NCBI GenBank assembly: GCA_963665295.1 | Contig: OY762209.1 | Coordinates: 4,256,001 to 4,320,000, forward strand | DNA length: 64,000 bases | Direction: 5' to 3' | DNA from: Syntrophorhabdaceae bacterium | GTDB taxonomy: Bacteria > Desulfobacterota > Syntrophorhabdia > Syntrophorhabdales > Syntrophorhabdaceae | Notes under the pieces: generated by a model | The model's input: only the letters and a program-made list of their open reading frames with translations | Databases searched by the model: none | What the model was told of the DNA's origin: nothing | Position numbers and translations under genes: made by a program | Shown: positions 24,075 through 32,422 of the stretch, one piece after another | Layout: every line of letters starts with the position of its first letter | How positions within the stretch are numbered: position 1 is the first letter of the stretch

Positions 24075-24661
24075 TTCTGCTTTGCCCTGATCCTCCGGAG
24101 CAACTCCGGCGCATCACCGTACGCCCTCACTACCCCTATAGTCCCGGCTCCTGCTTCGAGCACGTCATCGATATTCGAAAGGTCGATGCCGCCTATGGCG
24201 ACAAAGGGAATACTGAGATTCTCCGCGGCTTCCTTCACGTACGAAAGTCCCACCGCAGGTCTTCCCGGTTTTGTAGGAGTCGCATACACGGGCCCCACCG
24301 ATATATAATCCGCGCCGTCCGCTTCGGCCTGTCTTGCCTGTCCCAGATTATGAGTCGTCTTCCCCACGACCGCAGTCTCCCCCACTATCCTTCTCGCCTC
24401 TTCCGTGGACATATCCTGTCCCACATGAACTCCGTCGGCCCCCGTTCTCACTGCGAGCTCGGGGTCGTCGTTAAGGATGAAAAGGAAGGGCCTCACCCGC
24501 TTGTAAGCCACGATTTCCCGGCACTTCCTCATTATAGTCTCTTCCGCTCCGGACTTATCCCTGAGCTGCACTATCGTAGCACCGTCTTCCACCGCTTTCT
24601 TCAATACATCGACTGAATCCGAGATGATATAAAGGTCTCTTGTAAAAGGTATTTTTCCCAT
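24071..24661 (-). CDS. thiE: Thiamine phosphate synthase
   Basis: VQLRDK, ILNDD, GVHVGQD, GPVYATPTK, AIGGI. Confidence 0.92.
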   Translation of the reverse strand: MGKIPFTRDLYIISDSVDVLKKAVEDGATIVQLRDKSGAEETIMRKCREIVAYKRVRPFLFILNDDPELAVRTGADGVHVGQDMSTEEARRIVGETAVVGKTTHNLGQARQAEADGADYISVGPVYATPTKPGRPAVGLSYVKEAAENLSIPFVAIGGIDLSNIDDVLEAGAGTIGVVRAYGDAPELLRRIRAKQK

Positions 24662-24836
24662 CGATATTCTCCTCCCAATACGGGCCGACGTACTATTTAT
24701 ATCGCAAACGGCCCTAAAAATAAACACCTATGAACCTTTTTCCTCCGACAGTCATCTCCCCTTCAACGGCGAGACGCAAATCCATTGTCACGGACACCAC
24801 CGCACGTTCGCTGTTGAGATGGGGAGAAAATATTTG

Positions 24837-24880
24837 TTGACAAAGAACCTCCTTTTTGGTTAGTCTAGTATGTCTATAGG
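24837..24880 (+). promoter_or_regulatory. Promoter candidate with overlapping CTA-N9-TAG motif
   Basis: TTGACA-N18-TAGTCT; CTAGTATGTCTATAG overlaps the -10. Confidence 0.45.
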
Positions 24881-24929
24881 CTTTCTTTTATGAGCGTATA
24901 GAGTACGGGAGAAGACCAAAGGAGCAAAC

Positions 24930-26078
24930 ATGGCAAAGGAATGGCGCATAGAGACAATGTTAACCCATGCGGGCACATGCCGGGATGAAAAAACGGGGTC
25001 CATCTCTATGCCCGTCTACCAGACCGCAACCTTTCGTCATCCGGGCCTAGGGGAGAGCACCGGGTTCGACTACTCACGGAGCGGAAACCCTACCCGGGCT
25101 TCACTTGAAGAAGTGATGGCCGTGACGGAAGGCGGCAAGAAGGGGTTCGCCTTTTCCTCCGGCATGGCAGCGGTGGACTGTTTGTTCAGGATCTTGAAAC
25201 CGGGGGATGCCGTAGCCGTGACGGAAGACCCGTACGGCGGCACATTTCGCCTTCTTGACAAGATTTTCCGCCCCATGGGAATTGACATCATTTTTGTGGA
25301 CACGTCGAACATGGAGAAGATACAAGATGTTTTCAACCGTGAGGTAAAGGCAATATTTGTGGAGAGTCTTACCAACCCGATGCTCCGCATCGCCGATATC
25401 TCCGCCATTACCGCGCTGGCTGGAGAGAGGAACATTCTCACCATAGTGGACAACACGTTCCTCACCCCCTGCATTCAGCGACCCATAACCCTTGGTGCGG
25501 ACGTGGTCCTTTACAGTGCGACAAAATACCTCTCGGGCCATAACGACGTGAGCGCAGGCATTATAGTGACACGGACGGAGGAACTGGGGGACAGACTCTA
25601 TTTCTATCAGAACTCCACCGGCGCAGTGTTAGGGCCGTGGGACTCGTGGCTCACGCTCCGGGGTCTGAAGACCCTCGCGCTTCGCATGGAACGGCAACAA
25701 GACAACGCCCAGAGGATTGCCGGGTGGCTGAAGGATCACCCGAGAGTGAGGAAGGTCTACTACCCAGGCCTGAAGGACCATCCCGGCCATGACATTTTGA
25801 AGGCGCAGGGCAAAGGTTTTGGCGCTATCGTCTCCTTTGAAGTTGATGACCCCCAACTCGTGCCAACGATCCTGTCCCGCGTGAAGGTCTTCCTCTTTGC
25901 GGAAAGCCTGGGAGGCGTTGAATCGCTCATTACCTTTCCCGCAGTACAGACCCACGGGGACATGGATCCGGACACAAGGGAGCGACTGGGGATCAATAAC
26001 CGGCTACTCCGCATTTCCCCGGGAGTGGAGGCAATAGAAGATCTCCTCGATGATCTCTCCCGCGCCATAGGACAATAA
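24930..26078 (+). CDS. Cys/Met metabolism PLP enzyme, cystathionine gamma-synthase (Bacillus MetI-like)
   Basis: FRHPGLGESTGFDYSRSGNPTR, VDNTF, SATKYLSGHND, AESLGGVESL. Confidence 0.88.
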   Translation: MAKEWRIETMLTHAGTCRDEKTGSISMPVYQTATFRHPGLGESTGFDYSRSGNPTRASLEEVMAVTEGGKKGFAFSSGMAAVDCLFRILKPGDAVAVTEDPYGGTFRLLDKIFRPMGIDIIFVDTSNMEKIQDVFNREVKAIFVESLTNPMLRIADISAITALAGERNILTIVDNTFLTPCIQRPITLGADVVLYSATKYLSGHNDVSAGIIVTRTEELGDRLYFYQNSTGAVLGPWDSWLTLRGLKTLALRMERQQDNAQRIAGWLKDHPRVRKVYYPGLKDHPGHDILKAQGKGFGAIVSFEVDDPQLVPTILSRVKVFLFAESLGGVESLITFPAVQTHGDMDPDTRERLGINNRLLRISPGVEAIEDLLDDLSRAIGQ

Positions 26079-26087
26079 AGGAGCGAT

Positions 26088-27233
26088 ATGAAATACCGCA
26101 CAAAGATTCTCCATACAGGAAAGGGCAAAGACCCCTATACGGGGGCGTCAAGCATTCCCATATACCAGGTTTCTACCTTCGCACAGAAGGATCCGCTGGA
26201 GTTTGGTCCCTACGAATACGCCCGCGGAACAAATCCTACAAGGGATGCCCTTGAACACACCATCGCATTACTCGAAGGAGGTGCCAGAGGCTGCGCCTTT
26301 GCTTCAGGCATGGCTGCCATATCCTCCGTCTTCCTGCTTTTCCAACCCGGTGATCACATAGTGGTGGCCGAGGATGTTTACGGGGGCACGTATCGTGTCC
26401 TCACGACCCTCTTCGCCCGATGGGGCCTGAAGCATACCTTTGTGGATATGACTTATCCCGAAAGGATCGAGAAGGCGCTATTGCCTGAAACCAAGGCGAT
26501 CTTTGCGGAAACACCGTCAAACCCTACGCTGAAGATCACCGACCTCGCCGCCGTTGCGGAGATTGCCCGCAAAAGGAACGTCCTTACGATCATCGACAAC
26601 ACCTTCATGAGCCCTTACCTCCAGAGGCCCATCGAACTTGGATTCGACATCGTGGTCCACAGCGCAACCAAGTTCGTGGGAGGTCACAGCGATGTCATCG
26701 CCGGCCTTGCCGTCACAAAGGACAGAGCATGGGGCGAACGGCTCAACAATATCCAGACCCATTTCGGGTCGATCCTCGGCCCCCAGGACTCCTGGCTCCT
26801 CCTCCGGGGAATCAAAACCCTGTCGGTGAGAATGGAGGCACAGCAGAAAGGCGCGGAGTTTGTCGCCCGATGGCTCCTCAATCAGCCCATGGTAAAGAAG
26901 GTATACTACCCTACCCTTCCCACTCACCCGGGCAGGGAAGTACATCTCACGCAGGCTTCGGGGGGCGGTGCAGTCGTTTCCTTCGAGTTACGGAATGGTG
27001 AAATCGCCAGGGAGGTCCTGAAGCGGGTCAGGCTCCCTCTCATGGCAGTGAGTCTCGGAGGGGTGGAAAGCATCCTCTCCTATCCCGCCACTATGTCCCA
27101 CGCGTCGATGCCGCCTTCAGAGAGAAGTGCACGGGGGATTACCGACGGGTTGGTGCGCTTCTCAATAGGTCTTGAAGACCCCCAGGACCTTTGCGACGAC
27201 CTCGCGCAGGCCATGAAAGGGGTTGTCCCTTGA
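26088..27233 (+). CDS. Cys/Met metabolism PLP enzyme, cystathionine beta-lyase (Bacillus MetC-like)
   Basis: TGASSIPIYQVSTF, HSATKFVGGHSD, AVSLGGVESILSYP. Confidence 0.88.
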   Translation: MKYRTKILHTGKGKDPYTGASSIPIYQVSTFAQKDPLEFGPYEYARGTNPTRDALEHTIALLEGGARGCAFASGMAAISSVFLLFQPGDHIVVAEDVYGGTYRVLTTLFARWGLKHTFVDMTYPERIEKALLPETKAIFAETPSNPTLKITDLAAVAEIARKRNVLTIIDNTFMSPYLQRPIELGFDIVVHSATKFVGGHSDVIAGLAVTKDRAWGERLNNIQTHFGSILGPQDSWLLLRGIKTLSVRMEAQQKGAEFVARWLLNQPMVKKVYYPTLPTHPGREVHLTQASGGGAVVSFELRNGEIAREVLKRVRLPLMAVSLGGVESILSYPATMSHASMPPSERSARGITDGLVRFSIGLEDPQDLCDDLAQAMKGVVP

Positions 27234-27252
27234 TGCAGCGCGGGTTCCCACT

Positions 27253-27930
27253 TCAGGGATACAACCGTTTCATGACTCTGGGGCTTTCCAATTCTCTCAG
27301 GGCATCACGCCCTATCCAACGGGCCGAACTCGATCCCAGGGCCTGAATCCGGTGTGCTGTCTCAATGGCGGACCGGTTAAGGTTTTTATTCCTCTTGCCG
27401 ATTTGTCTCAGCGCCCAGTTTACAGCCTTCCGGACAAAATTTCTCTCATCTCCCGACTCTCGTTCCACGACGGAAAGATATTCCAAGAACACGGCGTCAC
27501 CAGCCGTTTTATCATGAACAGCGAGAGTGGCCACCAGGACAAATCCCGCCCTCTTCACGAATTCTTCGCTCCTTGCGGCCCACAGCATCGTCCTCCCATG
27601 GGCAAAAACGGTCTTCCTGAAGAGGTTGTTACACGTGAGGTCACAGATATCCCACGAGTCAATCTCCTTCGCCCACTCCTCCATCTGCCCCTCGTCGACC
27701 ATATCGGGCACATCGACCAAGCCCGCCATTATTTTCGCTTCATGGACGCCGGACTGCCACAGGCTCAGAGCCAGAAAATGGTCTTTCCCGATATGACGCG
27801 CCAGTTTCCTTATCTCCATAACGGAAACACCCAGCAGGTTGTCGGAGTTTATGCCGAACCTCGCCATGCCCTTGGCGTTTTCGGGGTTTGCCCGGGCTTT
27901 CAGTACAGCCATTATCTCTTCGTAGGTCAT
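27253..27930 (-). CDS. DNA alkylation repair protein (AlkD-like HEAT repeat)
   Basis: SWDICD, EEFVKRAGF, DERNFVRKAVNWALRQIGKRN. Confidence 0.88.
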   Translation of the reverse strand: MTYEEIMAVLKARANPENAKGMARFGINSDNLLGVSVMEIRKLARHIGKDHFLALSLWQSGVHEAKIMAGLVDVPDMVDEGQMEEWAKEIDSWDICDLTCNNLFRKTVFAHGRTMLWAARSEEFVKRAGFVLVATLAVHDKTAGDAVFLEYLSVVERESGDERNFVRKAVNWALRQIGKRNKNLNRSAIETAHRIQALGSSSARWIGRDALRELESPRVMKRLYP

Positions 27931-28075
27931 CAACACGCTTCTTCGTCGCACCTCCCGTCTGCCACGCATCAAGTCGCGACACCCTTGGAAAAAGAACCTG
28001 AGGCCCTTGACTAACAGGGTCTGGAACACCAATATAGATAACAGGGAGCATAACAAATAATGAGGAGGTATCACA

Positions 28076-28252
28076 ATGGGAATGATACAGGAGAAGGAAA
28101 TCAGGGCATATCAACTTAAAGACAAGAAGTTCGTCTGTCCCGTTTGCGCCACTGACGAGGAAAAGGCGCAAGGAACAGAGATATCACAGGAAGATGCCAT
28201 CCACAATCCGGATCCTGTCTTCTGTGTAAGATGCCAGAAGAAAGTCAAGTAA
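28076..28252 (+). CDS. 58-aa zinc-ribbon-like protein, absent from ORF track
   Basis: GAGGAGGT RBS; ...VCPVC...FCVRCQKKVK*. Confidence 0.75.
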   Translation: MGMIQEKEIRAYQLKDKKFVCPVCATDEEKAQGTEISQEDAIHNPDPVFCVRCQKKVK

Positions 28253-28415
28253 GGGTCCACAAAGCCTCGAGCCCCTGTCGTCTGGCGCGGTGAAGGCGCG
28301 GGAATTTGTCACGAAGGTTTTCACGTATGGCCCCCGGCCCTCATACCAGTGGGGGACGGGGGAGACATCCGCTTCGCGTTTCGATCCCTCCCGGCACGGG
28401 ACAGCCACCGCCCCC

Positions 28416-28453
28416 TTTACTTTAAAGAATATTAAGCCTATATTATCAGTAGT
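28416..28453 (+). promoter_or_regulatory. Promoter candidate upstream of nifU with overlapping CTA-N9-TAG motif
   Basis: TTTACT-N17-TATATT; CTATATTATCAGTAG overlaps the -10. Confidence 0.45.
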
Positions 28454-28673
28454 TGTTTAGCTTCGATAATATGCGGGGAGGGGCGATCCTCCCACTAAAA
28501 CGAGCTGTCCTTCGCAAAGAGAGATTGCGGGAGAGCCGGACCTTGTGGTAAACATATAGATTGCAGGGTATTCACAGTCGGGCCGGTTGGAGGCGCCGTA
28601 GCACCATATTGACAGGGAGCGCCCGTCTCCTCATGCTTTGTGCAAAACGTTATCTTCTAAAGGAGTGTGGACC

Positions 28674-29510
28674 ATGTGGGAATACACGGATAAAGTAAAA
28701 GATTACTTCTTGAATCCTCGGAACGTGGGAGAAATAGAGAATCCCGACGGCATGGCGGAGGTGGGATCGATTGCCTGCGGCGACGCGCTGAAGCTTACCT
28801 TTAAGCTCGACGAAAATAAACGGATAATAGATGCAAAATTCAAAACCTTCGGCTGTGCGAGCGCCATCGCCTCAGCCTCGGCCCTCACGGAAATGGTCAA
28901 GGGGATGACCATCGAGGAGGCGCAAAAGATTACCAACCAGGACATCGCGGATTATCTTGGCGGTCTCCCTCCCGAAAAGATGCACTGCTCCGTTCTGGGG
29001 CAGGAAGCCCTCGAAAAGGCAATCAGCAGCTACAAAGGGACTGTTTCGCCTTTAAAGGAAGGGGAGATCGTATGTGAGTGCTTCGGGGTGACCGACAAAG
29101 AGATCGAGCGGGCAGTTAAAGAAAACCACCTGACCACCGTGGAGGAAGTGACAAACTACACGAAAGCGGGGGGAGGCTGCCAGAACTGTCACGAAAAGAT
29201 TCAGGCCATTATCAACGCGATTTATGCGCAACCGAAGCCTGAGTCCCCCCCGGCGGAAAGAGCCAGGCTCACCAATATTCAAAAGATACGTCTCATCGAA
29301 GAAACTATCGACAAGGAAATAAGGCCTTCCCTGAAGCATGACGGTGGCGATATAGAACTGGTCGACATCGTGGGAAACAGGGTGCTCGTGGCCACCCGTG
29401 GAGCGTGTGCGGTATGCCAGGCTTCACAGCTTACATTAAAAGGGTTCGTTGAGATCAAATTACGCGAACTGGTCTCCCCTGAACTGGTTGTGGAGGAGGT
29501 GTCACAATGA
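28674..29510 (+). CDS. nifU: Fe-S cluster assembly protein NifU (IscU-like + BFD-like + Nfu domains)
   Basis: ACGD, TFGCASAIAS, KMHCS; VCECF...GGGCQNC; DGGDIEL...GACAVC. Confidence 0.95.
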   Translation: MWEYTDKVKDYFLNPRNVGEIENPDGMAEVGSIACGDALKLTFKLDENKRIIDAKFKTFGCASAIASASALTEMVKGMTIEEAQKITNQDIADYLGGLPPEKMHCSVLGQEALEKAISSYKGTVSPLKEGEIVCECFGVTDKEIERAVKENHLTTVEEVTNYTKAGGGCQNCHEKIQAIINAIYAQPKPESPPAERARLTNIQKIRLIEETIDKEIRPSLKHDGGDIELVDIVGNRVLVATRGACAVCQASQLTLKGFVEIKLRELVSPELVVEEVSQ

Positions 29511-30688
29511 AAACCGTATACCTGGACAATAATGCTACAACACAAGTCGCCCCAGAGGTGCTGGATGAAATGATCCCCTATTTCAGCGAGCTTTACGGTA
29601 ATCCGTCGAGCATGCACAGCTTCGGCGGACAGGTAGCCAAGAAGCTGAATGAAGCACGGGCCAAAGTAGCCGCGCTTATCGGAGCGGAGCCTGATGAGAT
29701 CATCTTCACGAGTTGCGGCACTGAAAGCGATAACACGGCAATCCTTTCCGCCCTTTCGGTGAATCCCGATAAACGCCATATCATCACGAGCAGGGTCGAG
29801 CATCCGGCGGTAAAGGTTTTGTGCGAACACCTGAGAGACAAGGGATACCGGGTAACGGAGCTTGCCGTCGACCCGGATGGCAATCTGGACATGGACGAGT
29901 ACGAAAAGAGTCTTTCCCCTGATACCGCCGTGGTGAGCCTCATGTGGGCAAACAATGAAACGGGCGTGATCTTCCCCGTGGAAAAAGCGGCCCAGCAGGC
30001 GCGGGAAAAGGGGATCCTCTTCCATACCGACGCCGTTCAGGCCGTGGGGAAGATGCCGATAAACATGAAAGGGAACGCTGTCGGCATGCTTTCTTTCTCA
30101 GGCCACAAACTCCATGCGCCCAAAGGGATCGGCGTTCTTTATGTCCGAAGGGGCACAAGGTTCTCACCCTTCATGATCGGAGGCCATCAGGAGAAAGGAC
30201 GAAGAGGCGGGACCGAGAATACACCCAGCATCATCGGTCTGGGGATGGCGTGCGAACTTGCGGGACAGAAGATCGAGGAAGAAAACACCCGGGTAAGACA
30301 ACTCCGTGACAGGCTTGAGAATGAACTTCTGAAGCGCATTTCCAACGTCAAGGTGAACGGAGGGAAGGCACCCCGCCTTCCAAACACGACCAACATGAGT
30401 TTCGAATTTATCGAAGGCGAAAGTATTCTTCTCCTTATGGACCAATTCGCGATCTGCGCATCATCGGGTTCGGCGTGTACCTCCGGGTCTCTGCAGCCCT
30501 CCCACGTACTGCGGGCAATGGGTGTCCCGTACACAATGGCGCACGGGTCGGTGCGGTTCAGCCTGAGTGTCTACAATACGGAACAGGATATCGACCTCGT
30601 TGTCGAGAAACTTCCTCCTATTATAGAGAGGCTGAGAGGTATGTCTCCTTATTGGGCGCAAAGCAACGTATGCGCCACCCCTCCGTAA
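29507..30688 (+). CDS. nifS: Cysteine desulfurase
   Basis: YLDNNATT, SGHKLH, SSGSACTS; ATGA overlap with nifU. Confidence 0.95.
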   Translation: MKTVYLDNNATTQVAPEVLDEMIPYFSELYGNPSSMHSFGGQVAKKLNEARAKVAALIGAEPDEIIFTSCGTESDNTAILSALSVNPDKRHIITSRVEHPAVKVLCEHLRDKGYRVTELAVDPDGNLDMDEYEKSLSPDTAVVSLMWANNETGVIFPVEKAAQQAREKGILFHTDAVQAVGKMPINMKGNAVGMLSFSGHKLHAPKGIGVLYVRRGTRFSPFMIGGHQEKGRRGGTENTPSIIGLGMACELAGQKIEEENTRVRQLRDRLENELLKRISNVKVNGGKAPRLPNTTNMSFEFIEGESILLLMDQFAICASSGSACTSGSLQPSHVLRAMGVPYTMAHGSVRFSLSVYNTEQDIDLVVEKLPPIIERLRGMSPYWAQSNVCATPP

Positions 30689-30724
30689 CCCTATCATGGA
30701 AGGATTGGGGAGGCATCGATAAAT

Positions 30725-31546
30725 ATGGACGCCGGGGAGTTTTCAGCCGGAGCAGTGGAAATACTGCACAGGATCAGGAGGAAACAGCCTCTTGTACACC
30801 ACATCACCAATTTTGTGGTGATGAACAGTACCGCCAACGTAACCCTGGCAGTCGGCGGCTCCCCCATTATGGCCCACGCTCACGAAGAGATGGAGGAGAT
30901 GGCCACGCTCTGCGATGCCCTCAACCTCAACATCGGAACCTTATCTCCCAGGTGGATAGAATCCATGCTCATAGCAGGCATTGCCGCCGGAGCCCGGGGA
31001 GTGCCGATTGTCCTGGATCCGGTAGGGTCGGGCGCCACCGCCCTTCGGACGGAAGCGGTGCAAAAGATCATTGAGAAGGTACCCGTAACGGTTATCAGAG
31101 GCAACGCCTCGGAGGTCATGTCCCTCTTTGCCCCGGAAGAGAGCGTAAGAATCAGAGGAGTGGACTCCGTGGAGACAGTGGAGGCAGTTCGCGACGGTGC
31201 GCACCGGCTCGCAAAGAGGCTGAACAAAGTAGTGGCTGTCACGGGGAGTGTCGATTTCGTCACCGACGGCGACAGGTCTGTGGAGGTACATAACGGGCAC
31301 CCCATGTTCAGTAAGGTGACGGGCACGGGATGCGCCGCTACCGCGGTCATTTCATGCTTTTGCGCAGTTGAGAGCGATCCCCTTGCAGCAACAGCGGCCG
31401 CACTTGGATACTACGGGCTCGCCGGAGAGGAGGCCGCCCACGTGTCGACCGGTCCAGGGAGTTTTCAGGTAGCCTTGTATGACGCCCTCTATAATCTGTC
31501 CGACCAAAACATGGCGGAAAGAATCAGAATACGTCCCGTTTCCTGA
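30725..31546 (+). CDS. thiM: Hydroxyethylthiazole kinase
   Basis: PLVHHITNFV, LNIGTL, VLDPVG, IRGNASE, VTGTGC. Confidence 0.95.
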   Translation: MDAGEFSAGAVEILHRIRRKQPLVHHITNFVVMNSTANVTLAVGGSPIMAHAHEEMEEMATLCDALNLNIGTLSPRWIESMLIAGIAAGARGVPIVLDPVGSGATALRTEAVQKIIEKVPVTVIRGNASEVMSLFAPEESVRIRGVDSVETVEAVRDGAHRLAKRLNKVVAVTGSVDFVTDGDRSVEVHNGHPMFSKVTGTGCAATAVISCFCAVESDPLAATAAALGYYGLAGEEAAHVSTGPGSFQVALYDALYNLSDQNMAERIRIRPVS

Positions 31547-31551
31547 CCCTC

Positions 31552-32229
31552 GTGCCCACCATGCAGTCAACCCGCCAAAGAACGCGAAAACCCTCGCTGG
31601 ACGATTACAGACTATACTTCGTGACCGATCCTTATCTGAACAAGGGCTATACCGTGATCGACCAGGTGCATCTCGCCCTCAAGGGTGGCGTAAGGGTTAT
31701 TCAGATACGGGAGAAAGGACGATCCGTTGCGGACACCTCCGTGCTCGTATCACGGGCCCTCGAACTGACTCGCACGGCGAACGCGTTTCTGATTGTCAAC
31801 GATTCGTTGGAGGTTGCGAGCGCCATGGGCGCAGATGGAGTCCACCTGGGGCAGGATGATATCCCTGCCAGGGACGTCCGGAAGACGATGGGGCCCCATT
31901 TCATTATCGGACTGTCCGTCAAAACCGTGGAAGAGGCGGTGCAGGGCGAGATAGACGGGGCGGATTACCTCGCAGTAAACGGGGTATTCCCCACTATGAC
32001 CAAACAAGACTTGGGATACTGCCCCGGTCTTCAGGGTGTTGCCGAGATCAGGAGAAATACGGGTATCCCCATTATCGGAATAGGAGGCATCAATCTCAAC
32101 AATTGCCGTGCCGTTATTGACGCGGGCGCGCATGGTATCGCGGTCGTAACCGCCCTCACCATGGCGCAGGATATCCCCTCCTCCTGCAAATCCTTTTTCG
32201 AACAGTTCGAGAAACCTTTATCGCCCTGA
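31552..32229 (+). CDS. thiE: Thiamine phosphate synthase (second copy)
   Basis: LYFVTD, IQIREK, IVND, GVHLGQDD, FPTMTK, IGGI. Confidence 0.92.
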   Translation: MPTMQSTRQRTRKPSLDDYRLYFVTDPYLNKGYTVIDQVHLALKGGVRVIQIREKGRSVADTSVLVSRALELTRTANAFLIVNDSLEVASAMGADGVHLGQDDIPARDVRKTMGPHFIIGLSVKTVEEAVQGEIDGADYLAVNGVFPTMTKQDLGYCPGLQGVAEIRRNTGIPIIGIGGINLNNCRAVIDAGAHGIAVVTALTMAQDIPSSCKSFFEQFEKPLSP

Positions 32230-32422
32230 CCTTCTCCCCCTCCTGCCTGAGATCACTTCGAGAAAACTGCTTGCAATTTTTTCTCCCCCTGTTATTATAA
32301 CTGAAATTGGTATAGACTTTTTACCGGTACTCCGGAGACTCATTCCGGTTTGCAGGAACATAAGTACTCGGAACGGCGACTGAATGGACCTTTAGTTAGA
32401 AAAAAAAGGGGGGGTATCCAGC

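Noticed and set aside
28674..30688. nifU/nifS as evidence of nitrogen fixation
   Set aside because: No nifHDK in the window; NifUS serves as a general Fe-S system in many anaerobes
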